A DNA stretch of 64,000 nt from Betaproteobacteria bacterium. Lineage in GTDB: Bacteria; Pseudomonadota; Gammaproteobacteria; Burkholderiales; Burkholderiaceae_C. Below are positions 23,550-31,761 of the stretch, one piece after another; the first letter of the stretch is position 1, and each line of letters starts with the position of its first letter. A program made the translations under genes and the position numbers. The stretch spans positions 13,856 through 77,855 of the forward strand of contig JBKDQY010000153.1 in assembly GCA_046341655.1 (NCBI GenBank). Direction: 5' to 3'. The notes below the pieces were generated by a model. The model was not told the origin of the DNA. It was given only the letters and a program-made list of their open reading frames with translations, and made no database searches.

Positions 23550-25070
23550 TCAGCGTGGCAGTTCGTGCAGGCGCACGGCGCCGTCGCCCACCTCGCTGAA
23601 GCGCTGACGGATCTCGTCGAAGCTCTTCACACGGACGCGCTCGAAGTCGCCCCAGCGCAGCGGCGGCGGCAGGTCGCCGTAGACCTCCGTCGGCGCGTGC
23701 AGGCAGGCATAGGACGCCGCCGGGTTCAGCACGAACCGCGCCGCGCCGGGCACCCGCAGGCGCTTGCCAGCCTCGATGCGGGGATCGGTCGCGAAGCGGT
23801 TGGGGAAGATGCGGACGATCTCCTGCGTCACCGGGTCCTGGGCGTAGCAGTACACGTAGCCGGCAACAGCGCTGCTCACGTTCAGCTGCAGGCTGCCTCG
23901 TTCGACGGCACTGGACAGCTGCAGCGCCCGCGAAGCCCCGGTGGCCGGGGCCTGCGCGGCGCCACTTGCCGCCACGGCGGTGGCCGCCGCGCCGCGCGCC
24001 TGCCCCCCGCGGGGAACCTTGCGCGCGACGAAGGCATGGAAGAACTCGAGGTCCACCGCACCTTCGGGCGGCAGGCCCAGGGCCCGCCGGTAGGTGCGCA
24101 GCGCGGCCGTGAACGCAGGGCCAGCCTCGCCGTCCACCGGGCCGTCGTAGTAGCGGCGCTCGCGCATGCGCTCCTGCAGGTGTCGCACGCGTTCGCTGCC
24201 GTCCATGGCGAGGAACCAGTCCTCGACCTCGCGACGCACCTCTGGGTCGTCGTCGGCGACCTGCAGGCACTGCCAGTAGGGCAGCCGCAGCAGCTTGCCG
24301 ACCAGCTCGACGGCCGCCAGCTCGACCATGTTGCGCGCCGCCTGGGACGGGCCTTCGGAGCGCGACGCGGAAAACGAGAACACCATGTCGAGGCCGGGAT
24401 TGCGCAGCTGCGCCTGCCCGTCCCCGGCGCTCGAATCGCGGCTGGCCAGCACGGTGAGGTTCTTCGAGGAAACGCCCGCGAGCAGCGTCATCGATTCGGT
24501 GTCCACCAGCGCCGCATCGAAGCCCAGCACCGCAAAGCGCGTCTCGCTGCCCAGCCGGAGCCCCAGCAGGCGCGCGGGCAGGCTCAGGCCGATCGAGCCG
24601 CCGCGCTTGCCCACGCTGTCGTCGAGCTGGCTGACCGTGCCGCGCAGGGCGTATCGCGGCACCACGGCGAACGCGGTCTGGCGTTGCGCCTGCTGCAGAA
24701 GCTGCGCCAGGTTCTGCTGGTCGCTGCCGAACACCGACAGCCTGACGGCCCGGGAGCGGCGGGTCATGTCCGAGATGGCCGAGGTCATCATGTCGCGGGC
24801 CGATATCGGCACGCGCTGGGTGGCGTCGCGCATCTCCTCCATCATCAGGGTCACGTCGCGCACGCCGGTGTCGTGCAGCAGCTCGTCCATGCAGCGCAGC
24901 GCGGGCGTGAAGTTCGTCACCGCACGCGTGCTGCGGTCGACCGGGTTGAGCCGGCCACGCACCTCGGCGCTGGCTTGTGCGTTGGGCTGCGTGCCGCAGG
25001 CGCTCAGCAGCATGCAGGCAGCCAGCAGGGCGGATGCGGCAGGGCCGCAGGTTCGGTGCGCGGGCTTCAT
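23550..25070 (-). CDS. Lipoprotein with CsgG-like N-domain, PG-binding-like repeat and C-terminal DUF4384-like domain
   Basis: 506 aa from ATG 25070. Lipobox LLSA|C. N-half colinear with CsgG-family hallmarks (...PRYALRGTVSQLDDSV..., AVLGFDAALVDTESMTLL, ARNMVELAAVELVGKLLRLPYWQC). Middle YYDGPVDGEAGPAFTAALRTYRRALGLPPEGAVD. C-terminus GYVYCYAQDPVTQEIVRIFPN. Confidence 0.7.
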   Translation of the reverse strand: MKPAHRTCGPAASALLAACMLLSACGTQPNAQASAEVRGRLNPVDRSTRAVTNFTPALRCMDELLHDTGVRDVTLMMEEMRDATQRVPISARDMMTSAISDMTRRSRAVRLSVFGSDQQNLAQLLQQAQRQTAFAVVPRYALRGTVSQLDDSVGKRGGSIGLSLPARLLGLRLGSETRFAVLGFDAALVDTESMTLLAGVSSKNLTVLASRDSSAGDGQAQLRNPGLDMVFSFSASRSEGPSQAARNMVELAAVELVGKLLRLPYWQCLQVADDDPEVRREVEDWFLAMDGSERVRHLQERMRERRYYDGPVDGEAGPAFTAALRTYRRALGLPPEGAVDLEFFHAFVARKVPRGGQARGAAATAVAASGAAQAPATGASRALQLSSAVERGSLQLNVSSAVAGYVYCYAQDPVTQEIVRIFPNRFATDPRIEAGKRLRVPGAARFVLNPAASYACLHAPTEVYGDLPPPLRWGDFERVRVKSFDEIRQRFSEVGDGAVRLHELPR

Positions 25071-25162
25071 GGCGATACCTCGGCGTCCTGTTCGTGGGGT
25101 TGGGCGGGTCCGGTCCGATCGGGCCGGCGGCCGCTGCGGCAGCCGCCGGCCCGACCTCGCGG

Positions 25163-25555
25163 TCACTGGTTGCGCACGGTGATGTCGCCGCGCGTCGTGC
25201 GCCGCTCGGACTTGACGCAGCGGTCGGCCCCGTTGCGCACGATGCGGTTTCGGGCGTCGGGGCCGTAGCTGAGCTTGCAGTCGAGGGCAGGGCCCACGAG
25301 CAGCGAGTTCAGCGGCGTGGCCGTGCCCTGGCACATGTCGCCGCCGTCGGAGGCTTCGGTGCCGACGCGGCGGCCGTCCAGCGCGCACTTGCGCGGACCC
25401 AGGTCGTCTTCGACCGTCTCGGTCCTGACGCAGACCGCGCGGTCGTTGCCCTGCACCTGGATGGCGAAGCCGCTTTCGCAGACGGCCACGTCGGCGGCCT
25501 GCGCGGCACCGGCGCTGAGGACGAACAGGGTGGCGGCGAGGATGCGGATGAGCAT
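25163..25555 (-). CDS. Small secreted six-cysteine protein, unknown family
   Basis: 130 aa from ATG 25555 (MLIRILAATLFVLSAGAAQA|AD signal peptide). Six spaced Cys residues. Same strand and immediately upstream of the lipoprotein gene. Confidence 0.55.
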   Translation of the reverse strand: MLIRILAATLFVLSAGAAQAADVAVCESGFAIQVQGNDRAVCVRTETVEDDLGPRKCALDGRRVGTEASDGGDMCQGTATPLNSLLVGPALDCKLSYGPDARNRIVRNGADRCVKSERRTTRGDITVRNQ

Positions 25556-25844
25556 GTTGATCTCCAGAGGAAGTGAATTGATGTCGTTCAACGAAAGAGG
25601 AGAAGAGGCAACCGGGGGGCCGTGGCCGGCGTGCGCCGCCCGCGGCGTGGCCCGGGCTCAAGGGGGGTGGCGTGCGGGCGTCATGAAGGCCTCCTTGTGC
25701 GTTGCTGGCGGCCGCCACGCGTTTCGTGGCGCCTGCTTCAGGAACGCGGGCCCGATCGCCTTGGATGCGCGCCGCGGTGCGGCGGGCTGGCGATGGCCTC
25801 CCCAGGGCAGTGGAGGCTGCCTGTCGGGCTTGCGGCGTTGACGA

Positions 25845-26774
25845 TCAGCGCCGCGTGGGCCGCAGCAGCAGCAGCACGCCGGCGCACACCAGCGCGGCGG
25901 CCAGCCACTCGCCTGTCGTAACCACCTCGCCGCCCAGGGTGACGCCCAGCACGAGGCCGATCACCGGGTTGACGAAGGTGTAGCTCGACGCCAGCGCGGT
26001 GCTGGTGCGTTGCAGCAGCACCATGTAGGCCGAGAAGGCGACGAGGCTGCCGGCCACCACGAGGTAGGCCCACGACATCAGGGCGCGGCTCTCGGGCGGC
26101 CAGGCCGGGCGCTCGCCGGCAGCCAGCGCGGCCAGCGCAAGCAGCGCGCCGCCGGCCAGCATCTGGCTGGCATAGCCGGCCGCGCCCGGCGCCATCGCCA
26201 GCGCGCCGCCACCCAGCGCGCGGGGCAGGCCATGGCGGGCCCAGACGCTGCCCACGCTCCAGGTGACGCAGGCCAGAGTCAGCCACAGCAGGCCCGGCAG
26301 CGACGCGGCGAAGCCCGCGCCGCGCGACAGCAGCACCACGCCCACCAGGCCCAGCGCGATGCCGGCGGCCACGCGCCGGCTCGGGCGCACGCCGTAGGGC
26401 CACTCCGCCAGCGCCACCAGCGCCGGCACCACGGCGATGAAGGCCACCACGAGGCCGGAGCTCACCGTGGTCTGCGCCACCGCGGTGGCGCCGAAGCCGC
26501 CGCCCAGCATCAGGGCGCCCAGCACGACTGCGCTGACCCACTCGGCCCGCGTCGGCAGCCGCGCGCCGCGCAGCAGCACCCAGGCCATCAGCAGGCCCCC
26601 CGCCGCCAGGAAACGCGTGCCCATCTGGAAGAAGGGCGGGAAGCTCGGCAGCGCCCACTTGATGGCGAGGTAGGTCGAGCCCCAGATCAGCCAGGTGGCC
26701 GCCAGGCAGGCGGCGATCAGCGGCGCGCCAGGCGCGGACGATGGCAGAGGAGACGGCGGAGCGGCGTTCGGCAT
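25845..26774 (-). CDS. EamA/DMT-family transporter
   Basis: 309 aa, about 10 TM segments, duplicated EamA pattern (WGSTYLAIK..., SVWARH...). Confidence 0.85.
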   Translation of the reverse strand: MPNAAPPSPLPSSAPGAPLIAACLAATWLIWGSTYLAIKWALPSFPPFFQMGTRFLAAGGLLMAWVLLRGARLPTRAEWVSAVVLGALMLGGGFGATAVAQTTVSSGLVVAFIAVVPALVALAEWPYGVRPSRRVAAGIALGLVGVVLLSRGAGFAASLPGLLWLTLACVTWSVGSVWARHGLPRALGGGALAMAPGAAGYASQMLAGGALLALAALAAGERPAWPPESRALMSWAYLVVAGSLVAFSAYMVLLQRTSTALASSYTFVNPVIGLVLGVTLGGEVVTTGEWLAAALVCAGVLLLLRPTRR

Positions 26775-26831
26775 GAGGGCGCGAGGCTAGGCTCGACGCG
26801 ACGCCCCGCCGGGGCACGGACGCGCCACTCC

Positions 26832-27329
26832 ATGAACGACGTCGCCACCAGCGCCCTCTGCGACCCCTTCCGCGACGACCCCACCGCGCTGCGCGTGCTG
26901 CCCCCCGCGTGGCACGACTACGGCGGCCTGCCGCGCTTTGCAGGCCCCGTGGCCACCGTGCAGTGCGTGGAGGACAACGTGCTTGTGAAGGCCCTGCTCG
27001 ACAGCCCCGGCCAGGGCCGGGTGCTGGTGGTGGACGGCGGCGGCAGCCTGCGCACGGCGCTGGTGGGCGGCAACCTGGCGGCGGCGGCGGCCCGCAACGG
27101 GTGGGCGGGCATCGTGGTCGACGGCGCGGTGCGCGACGTGGCCGAGCTTCGCGCCACCGCCGTGGGCGTGCGCGCGCTGGCGCTGTGCCCAATGCCGCCG
27201 GCCAAGCGCGGCAGCGGAGCGCAAGGCGGGCCCGTGCGGCTGCGCGGCGTGGTGGTGCGGCCGGGCGACTGGCTGTACGCCGATGCCGACGGCATCGTCG
27301 TCAGCGAGCGGCCGCTGCACGCCGGCTGA
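26832..27329 (+). CDS. rraA: RraA-family protein (RNase E regulator / HMG-oxaloacetate aldolase family)
   Basis: 165 aa. GRVLVVDGGGSLRTALVGGNLAAAAARNGWAGIVVDGAVRD and DADGIVV are RraA hallmarks. Confidence 0.85.
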   Translation: MNDVATSALCDPFRDDPTALRVLPPAWHDYGGLPRFAGPVATVQCVEDNVLVKALLDSPGQGRVLVVDGGGSLRTALVGGNLAAAAARNGWAGIVVDGAVRDVAELRATAVGVRALALCPMPPAKRGSGAQGGPVRLRGVVVRPGDWLYADADGIVVSERPLHAG

Positions 27330-27347
27330 CTAGAATCCGCCTCACGT

Positions 27348-27424
27348 CGGGGTGTAGCGCAGCCTGGTAGCGCAATTGCTTTGGGAGCAATGGGTCGAAG
27401 GTTCGAATCCTTTCACCCCGACCA
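27348..27424 (+). tRNA. tRNA-Pro (anticodon TGG)
   Basis: Manual cloverleaf: acceptor CGGGGTG/CACCCCG, anticodon stem ATTGC/GCAAT with loop TTTGGGA, T-arm GGTTCGAATCC, encoded CCA. Confidence 0.9.
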
Positions 27425-27457
27425 CTCGCTGCTGGGCCGCCGAGCCCGCCTTCGCGG

Positions 27458-27994
27458 TCAGGCGGCGCCGCGCAGCGGTGCCGTGGCGGCATTGATGCGC
27501 CGCGCCAGGGCAGGGTCGTGCGGCTCGACGGAGGCAGGCTTCTCGGCCGCGGCGGGCCGCCGCATCCCGGCGAGCGTGTCGTCGATCTCGTTCGCCAGCC
27601 TGCTGGCCAGTTGCTGGGCCATCGGCACCAGCCAGCCGCCGACGTCGCGGTCTTCGCGGGAGTCCTGCTCCAGGAAGCGGTCGGCCGCCTTGGCCGCCGC
27701 GTGCAGCTGGTGGGCGCGGGCGCGCAACGGCACCAGCTTCTGCTGCAGGGCCGCCTCGGCGTTGCGTTCCTTCAGCGTGCGCGCCAGCCCGTCCAGGTCG
27801 GCGGCCAGGTCCTCGGCCAGCGTCACGGCGCTGCTCAGCAGCCAGGCCCCCGTGTCGTGCTCGGCACGGGCCTCCTGGGCCAGGTAGTGGTCGGCCGCGC
27901 GCGTGGCGGCGCGCAGCTGGTGGGCACGCGCGCCCAGCGATCGCATCAGGCCCGGCAGCGTGTCGGCGGGGCGGGGTTCGGCGCTGGTGCTCAT
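27458..27994 (-). CDS. Hypothetical helical protein with two tandem ~55-aa repeats
   Basis: 178 aa from ATG 27994. Repeats RAHQLRAATRAADHYLAQEARAEHDTGAWLL...DLD and RAHQLHAAAKAADRFLEQDSREDRDVGGWLV...EID. Lies 35 nt downstream of the helicase gene on the same strand. Confidence 0.5.
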   Translation of the reverse strand: MSTSAEPRPADTLPGLMRSLGARAHQLRAATRAADHYLAQEARAEHDTGAWLLSSAVTLAEDLAADLDGLARTLKERNAEAALQQKLVPLRARAHQLHAAAKAADRFLEQDSREDRDVGGWLVPMAQQLASRLANEIDDTLAGMRRPAAAEKPASVEPHDPALARRINAATAPLRGAA

Positions 27995-28028
27995 GGGCGT
28001 CCTCGGGGTGGCAACGGTGCGGTCGGCC

Positions 28029-30119
28029 TCATTGTGCCCAGCCGGCGCGGCGCTGGCGGGCCAGTTCGGCGAGCAGGCCCCCCAGTTCGGATGGTTCGGT
28101 CGAGGGCGCCGGGGCGGGTGGCACCTCCGCGCCGGGCATGCAGGTCGGGGCGTCCTCGGCGTCGGGCAGGGGCGCGACGGCATCGAGCGCGGCCATCACC
28201 GCGTCGTCGATGAAGCGCGAGCGCAGGGCCGTGACGTGGCGCCCGCCCCAGGCGCGCTGCTGCGTGACGTGGAAGTTCTGCGGCGCCCACAGCGCCAGCG
28301 TGTCGCGGGCGCGGGTCATGCCCACGTAGAGCAGGCGCCTTTCCTCGTCGATCTCGTCGGCGTGGCCGGTGGCCAGGTCGGAAGGGATGGCGCCGTCGAC
28401 GACGCGCAGCACGTGCACCGCGCTCCACTCCTGGCCCTTGGCCGAGTGCAGGGTCGACAGCGTGAGCCAGTCGTCGTCGAGCAGCGGCCGGCCGGCCTCG
28501 GCGCCGTGGGCCGCTGGCGGCTCGAGCAGCAGTTCGGTCACGAAGGACAGGCGGTCGCGCTGCCTTGCGGCGCCGGCGGCCATCTGCTGCAGCTCGGTGG
28601 CGCGCTGCGTGGCGTCCGCGTGCAGCCGCTGCAGGTGCGGCTCGTACCACGCCAGCACGCGGTCCAGGTCGTCGGGCCAGCGCGACTGCGGGCCGCGCAG
28701 CGCCGCCATCAGCGCGCGCAGCGCCTGCCACGGCGCGGCGGCCGCGCGCGGCGGCTCGAAGCCGGCGAGGTCGTGGCCGATGGCCGCGAAGCGCTGCAGG
28801 GCCGCCGGCCCGATGCCGGGCACCAGCCGCGCCACGCGTTGCGCGGCCAGCGCGGCCGCCGGGTTGTCGGCCCAGCGCAGCACCGCCAGCACGTCCTTCA
28901 AGTGGGCGGCTTCCAGGAAGCGCAGGCCGCCGAACTTGACGTAGGGCACGCGCCGGCGCAGCAGCTCCAGCTCCAGGGCCTGGCTGTGCGTGGCGGTGCG
29001 GAACAGCACGACCTGGCGGCGCAGCGCCAGGCCGCCTTCGCGCGCCTCGAGCACGGCGCGGGCCACGCCGCGGGCCTCGGCCGCCTCGTCGGCCACCGCG
29101 TGCAGCGTGGGGCGCGCGCCGGCCGGCCGAGTGCTGGTCAGCGTCTTGGCGAAGCGCTCGCGCGCCTGGGCGATGACGGCATTGCCCGCGGCCACGATGT
29201 CGGGCGTGCTGCGGTGGTTGCGCGTGAGCGTGAGCACGCGCGCCGCGGGCGTGCAGCGAGCCGGGAATCCCAGCATGCCGGCCACCGCGGCGCCGCGGAA
29301 ACCGTAGATGGCCTGCGCGTCGTCGCCCACCGCCGTCAGCCCGGAGCCCCCGGGGCGCAGGGCCTCGACGATGTGCCACTGCAGCGGGTTGAGGTCCTGC
29401 ACCTCGTCGACGAGCACGTGGTCGAAGCGCGCGCGCAGCCGGCTCGCCACGGGCTCGTGGCGCAGGGCCAGGTGCCAGGCGTCGAGCAGGTCGTCGTAGT
29501 CGAGCAGGCGCTGCTGCAGCTTGGCGGCGCCGTAGGCCTCGAAAAGCGCTGCCAGTGCGCGGCCGTCCTCGTCGCCGGGTGGCCGGCACCAGGGGAAGTG
29601 GCGGCGCAGCACCTCGGCCAGGGGCTGGCGCGTGCCGATGCAGCGCGAGTGGATGGCCATGCAGGTGGCCGGCGTGGGCACGCGGTGCTCGGCCACGGAT
29701 CGGGCGGCCAGACCCAGTGCCAGGCGCTGCTGCGCCATCAGTTCCTCGGCGTCGGCGGCGTCGAGCACCGAGAAGCCGGGGTCCAGCCCCAGCGCCGCGG
29801 CCTCGTCGCGCAGCAGCCGCGCCGCGACGCCGTGGAAGGTGCCGCACCAGGGCAGCCTTGGCGCGGCCGTGGTGGCGTGCAGGCCGAGCGCGGCGTGCAG
29901 ACGGGCTGCGGCGCGCTCGGCCAGTTCCTGGGCCGAGCGGCGGGAGAAGCTCAGCAGCAGGATGCGCTGCGGGTCGGCCCCGCGACGGACCAGTTCGGCC
30001 ATCCGGGCCGAGAGCATGGTCGTCTTTCCGCTGCCGGCGCCGGCCACCACGAGCAGCGGCGCGTCACCGTGGGCCACGGCGGCCTGCTGTTCGGCTGTGA
30101 GGGTGGGCGCCATCGTCAC
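28029..30119 (-). CDS. UvrD/Rep-family (SF1) ATP-dependent DNA helicase paralogue
   Basis: 696 aa. Walker A AGAGSGKT, VDEVQDLNPLQ, GDDAQAIYGFRGA, TRNHRS, LSTLHSAKGQEW, LLYVGMTRAR. Confidence 0.85.
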   Translation of the reverse strand: MTMAPTLTAEQQAAVAHGDAPLLVVAGAGSGKTTMLSARMAELVRRGADPQRILLLSFSRRSAQELAERAAARLHAALGLHATTAAPRLPWCGTFHGVAARLLRDEAAALGLDPGFSVLDAADAEELMAQQRLALGLAARSVAEHRVPTPATCMAIHSRCIGTRQPLAEVLRRHFPWCRPPGDEDGRALAALFEAYGAAKLQQRLLDYDDLLDAWHLALRHEPVASRLRARFDHVLVDEVQDLNPLQWHIVEALRPGGSGLTAVGDDAQAIYGFRGAAVAGMLGFPARCTPAARVLTLTRNHRSTPDIVAAGNAVIAQARERFAKTLTSTRPAGARPTLHAVADEAAEARGVARAVLEAREGGLALRRQVVLFRTATHSQALELELLRRRVPYVKFGGLRFLEAAHLKDVLAVLRWADNPAAALAAQRVARLVPGIGPAALQRFAAIGHDLAGFEPPRAAAAPWQALRALMAALRGPQSRWPDDLDRVLAWYEPHLQRLHADATQRATELQQMAAGAARQRDRLSFVTELLLEPPAAHGAEAGRPLLDDDWLTLSTLHSAKGQEWSAVHVLRVVDGAIPSDLATGHADEIDEERRLLYVGMTRARDTLALWAPQNFHVTQQRAWGGRHVTALRSRFIDDAVMAALDAVAPLPDAEDAPTCMPGAEVPPAPAPSTEPSELGGLLAELARQRRAGWAQ

Positions 30120-30164
30120 GATGGCGCCGACTGTATAGGCATCCAGCCCTCTGGTGCGACCGGC

Positions 30165-30241
30165 TGGCCTGCCCGGAGGGACTCGAACCCCCGACCTGCG
30201 GCTTAGAAGGCCGCTGCTCTATCCAGTTGAGCTACGGGCAG
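30165..30241 (-). tRNA. tRNA-Arg (anticodon TCT)
   Basis: Manual cloverleaf on the minus strand: acceptor CTGCCCG/CGGGCAG, D-arm GCTCAACTGGATAGAGC, anticodon loop CTTCTAA, T-arm GGTTCGAGTCC, encoded CCA. Confidence 0.9.
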
Positions 30242-30279
30242 ATGGCGCGGATTGTCCGCCAGAGGTAACGCAGGCCGCT

Positions 30280-30972
30280 TCAGCGCTTGCGGTACTGGCC
30301 CTGGCCGAACAGCAGGTCGCGGGCCTTGTCGTCGGTCAGCGGCCTGCGCGCCGAGGCCAGAACCTCGCAGCCGCGCTGCACCGCGGGCCGCGCGCCGATC
30401 TCGTCGAACCAGGCTCGCAGGTGCGGAAACTCGTTCCAGTCGATGCCCTGGTTCTTCCAGTTGCGCAGCCAGGGGAACACGGCGATGTCGGCGATGGAGT
30501 ACTCGGGGCCGCCCAGGTAGGGACTCTTCGCGAGCCGCTTGTCCATGACGCCGTACAGGCGCTTCGCCTCGTTGGTGTAGCGGTCCACCGCGTACGGGAG
30601 CTTCTCGGGCGCATAGATGCGGAAGTGGTGCACCTGGCCCAGCATGGGGCCGACGCCGAACATCTGGAACATCAGACACTGCAGCACCTCGTACCGGGCG
30701 GCCGTGCCCGGGGGCAGGAAACGGCCGGTCTTGCCGGCCAGGTACAGCAGGATGGCGCCGCTCTCGAACAGCGAGATCGGCGCGTCCTCGGGCCCATCGG
30801 GGTCGGTGATGGCGGGGATATTGTTGTTGGGGCTGATCGCCAGGAACCCGGGCTCGAACTGGGCGCCCGCGCCGATGTCCACCGGGTGCACCCGGTAGGG
30901 CAGCCCGCACTCCTCGAGCATGATGTGGACCTTGTGGCCGTTGGGCGTGGGCCACGAATACACTTCGATCAT
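30280..30972 (-). CDS. Nu-class glutathione S-transferase (YfcG-like)
   Basis: 230 aa from ATG 30972. Colinear with E. coli YfcG: PTPNGHK, ISPNNNIPAI, LFESGAILLYLAGKTG, GPMLGQ.HHF, YSIADIA. Confidence 0.85.
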   Translation of the reverse strand: MIEVYSWPTPNGHKVHIMLEECGLPYRVHPVDIGAGAQFEPGFLAISPNNNIPAITDPDGPEDAPISLFESGAILLYLAGKTGRFLPPGTAARYEVLQCLMFQMFGVGPMLGQVHHFRIYAPEKLPYAVDRYTNEAKRLYGVMDKRLAKSPYLGGPEYSIADIAVFPWLRNWKNQGIDWNEFPHLRAWFDEIGARPAVQRGCEVLASARRPLTDDKARDLLFGQGQYRKR

Positions 30973-31008
30973 CGTCTCGTCTCCTGGCCGCCCTCTGGAT
31001 TCTGAACC

Positions 31009-31743
31009 ATGCTGAAAGGACTGAAGCGGCTGTTCTCCGGCTCCTCCGGCCAGGCCGACGCCAGCCACGACTGGGAGGGCGTGGCGCTGTGGGCCCAGCA
31101 GCGGCAGTACGGTTTCCGCGTCGTGCACAACGAGGGCTTCGTCGTCGATGGCCGCCTCGGGGCCACGCCGTGGCGGCTCGAGTGGGGGCCTTCCCAGCGC
31201 CCGTACATCGCCGGCCACGAGTTGCGCATCCGCGCCGAGATGGGCCTGAACCCCGACCTGCAGATCGTGGTGATGAACGTGTCGCTCCAGGAACAGATGG
31301 AGCGCGACGTCTTCGACCAGTACGTCGAGGGCGTGCAGACCCGCATCGACAACCAGACGCCGCCCGAGATGCGCTGGCTGGTGATGTTTCCCAAGCTGGC
31401 CGAGAAGGACCTGGGCGAGCTCGCAGGCCGCTTCGTGGGGCTTTCCAGCATCAGACCCTGGCTGCTGCAGTGGCTGGCCGGCCCGCTGTCGCAGTCGCTG
31501 GCGGCGCTGCGCAACGAGCCTGCGTTGCCCGTGGTGCTGATGATCGGTCGCGGCCGGCTGATGCTGCGCACCGCGCTCGCCGACCCCGCCCTGCCGGCGC
31601 TGCAATCCTGGCTGCGGCTGTTCGAGTGCGCGATGCGCGAGGCCAGTCGGGTGTCCAGCGAGAGCGGCGACGCCAGCGCGCCGAGCACGCAGGCAGGCCC
31701 GTGGAGTTCCAGCGCCTTGCCGGGCGACGAGCGCGAGAAGTAG
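31009..31743 (+). CDS. Conserved hypothetical protein
   Basis: 244-aa ORF with normal amino-acid composition (not the Arg/Gly/Pro-rich artefact type). Divergent from the GST gene. No recognisable motif. Confidence 0.55.
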   Translation: MLKGLKRLFSGSSGQADASHDWEGVALWAQQRQYGFRVVHNEGFVVDGRLGATPWRLEWGPSQRPYIAGHELRIRAEMGLNPDLQIVVMNVSLQEQMERDVFDQYVEGVQTRIDNQTPPEMRWLVMFPKLAEKDLGELAGRFVGLSSIRPWLLQWLAGPLSQSLAALRNEPALPVVLMIGRGRLMLRTALADPALPALQSWLRLFECAMREASRVSSESGDASAPSTQAGPWSSSALPGDEREK

Positions 31744-31761
31744 CCGGCCCCGGGCCGAAGG

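Noticed and set aside
27348-30241. Possible genomic island between tRNA-Pro and tRNA-Arg
   Set aside because: There is no integrase. I could find no direct repeat of either tRNA 3' end. The GC content and codon style are indistinguishable from the flanks.
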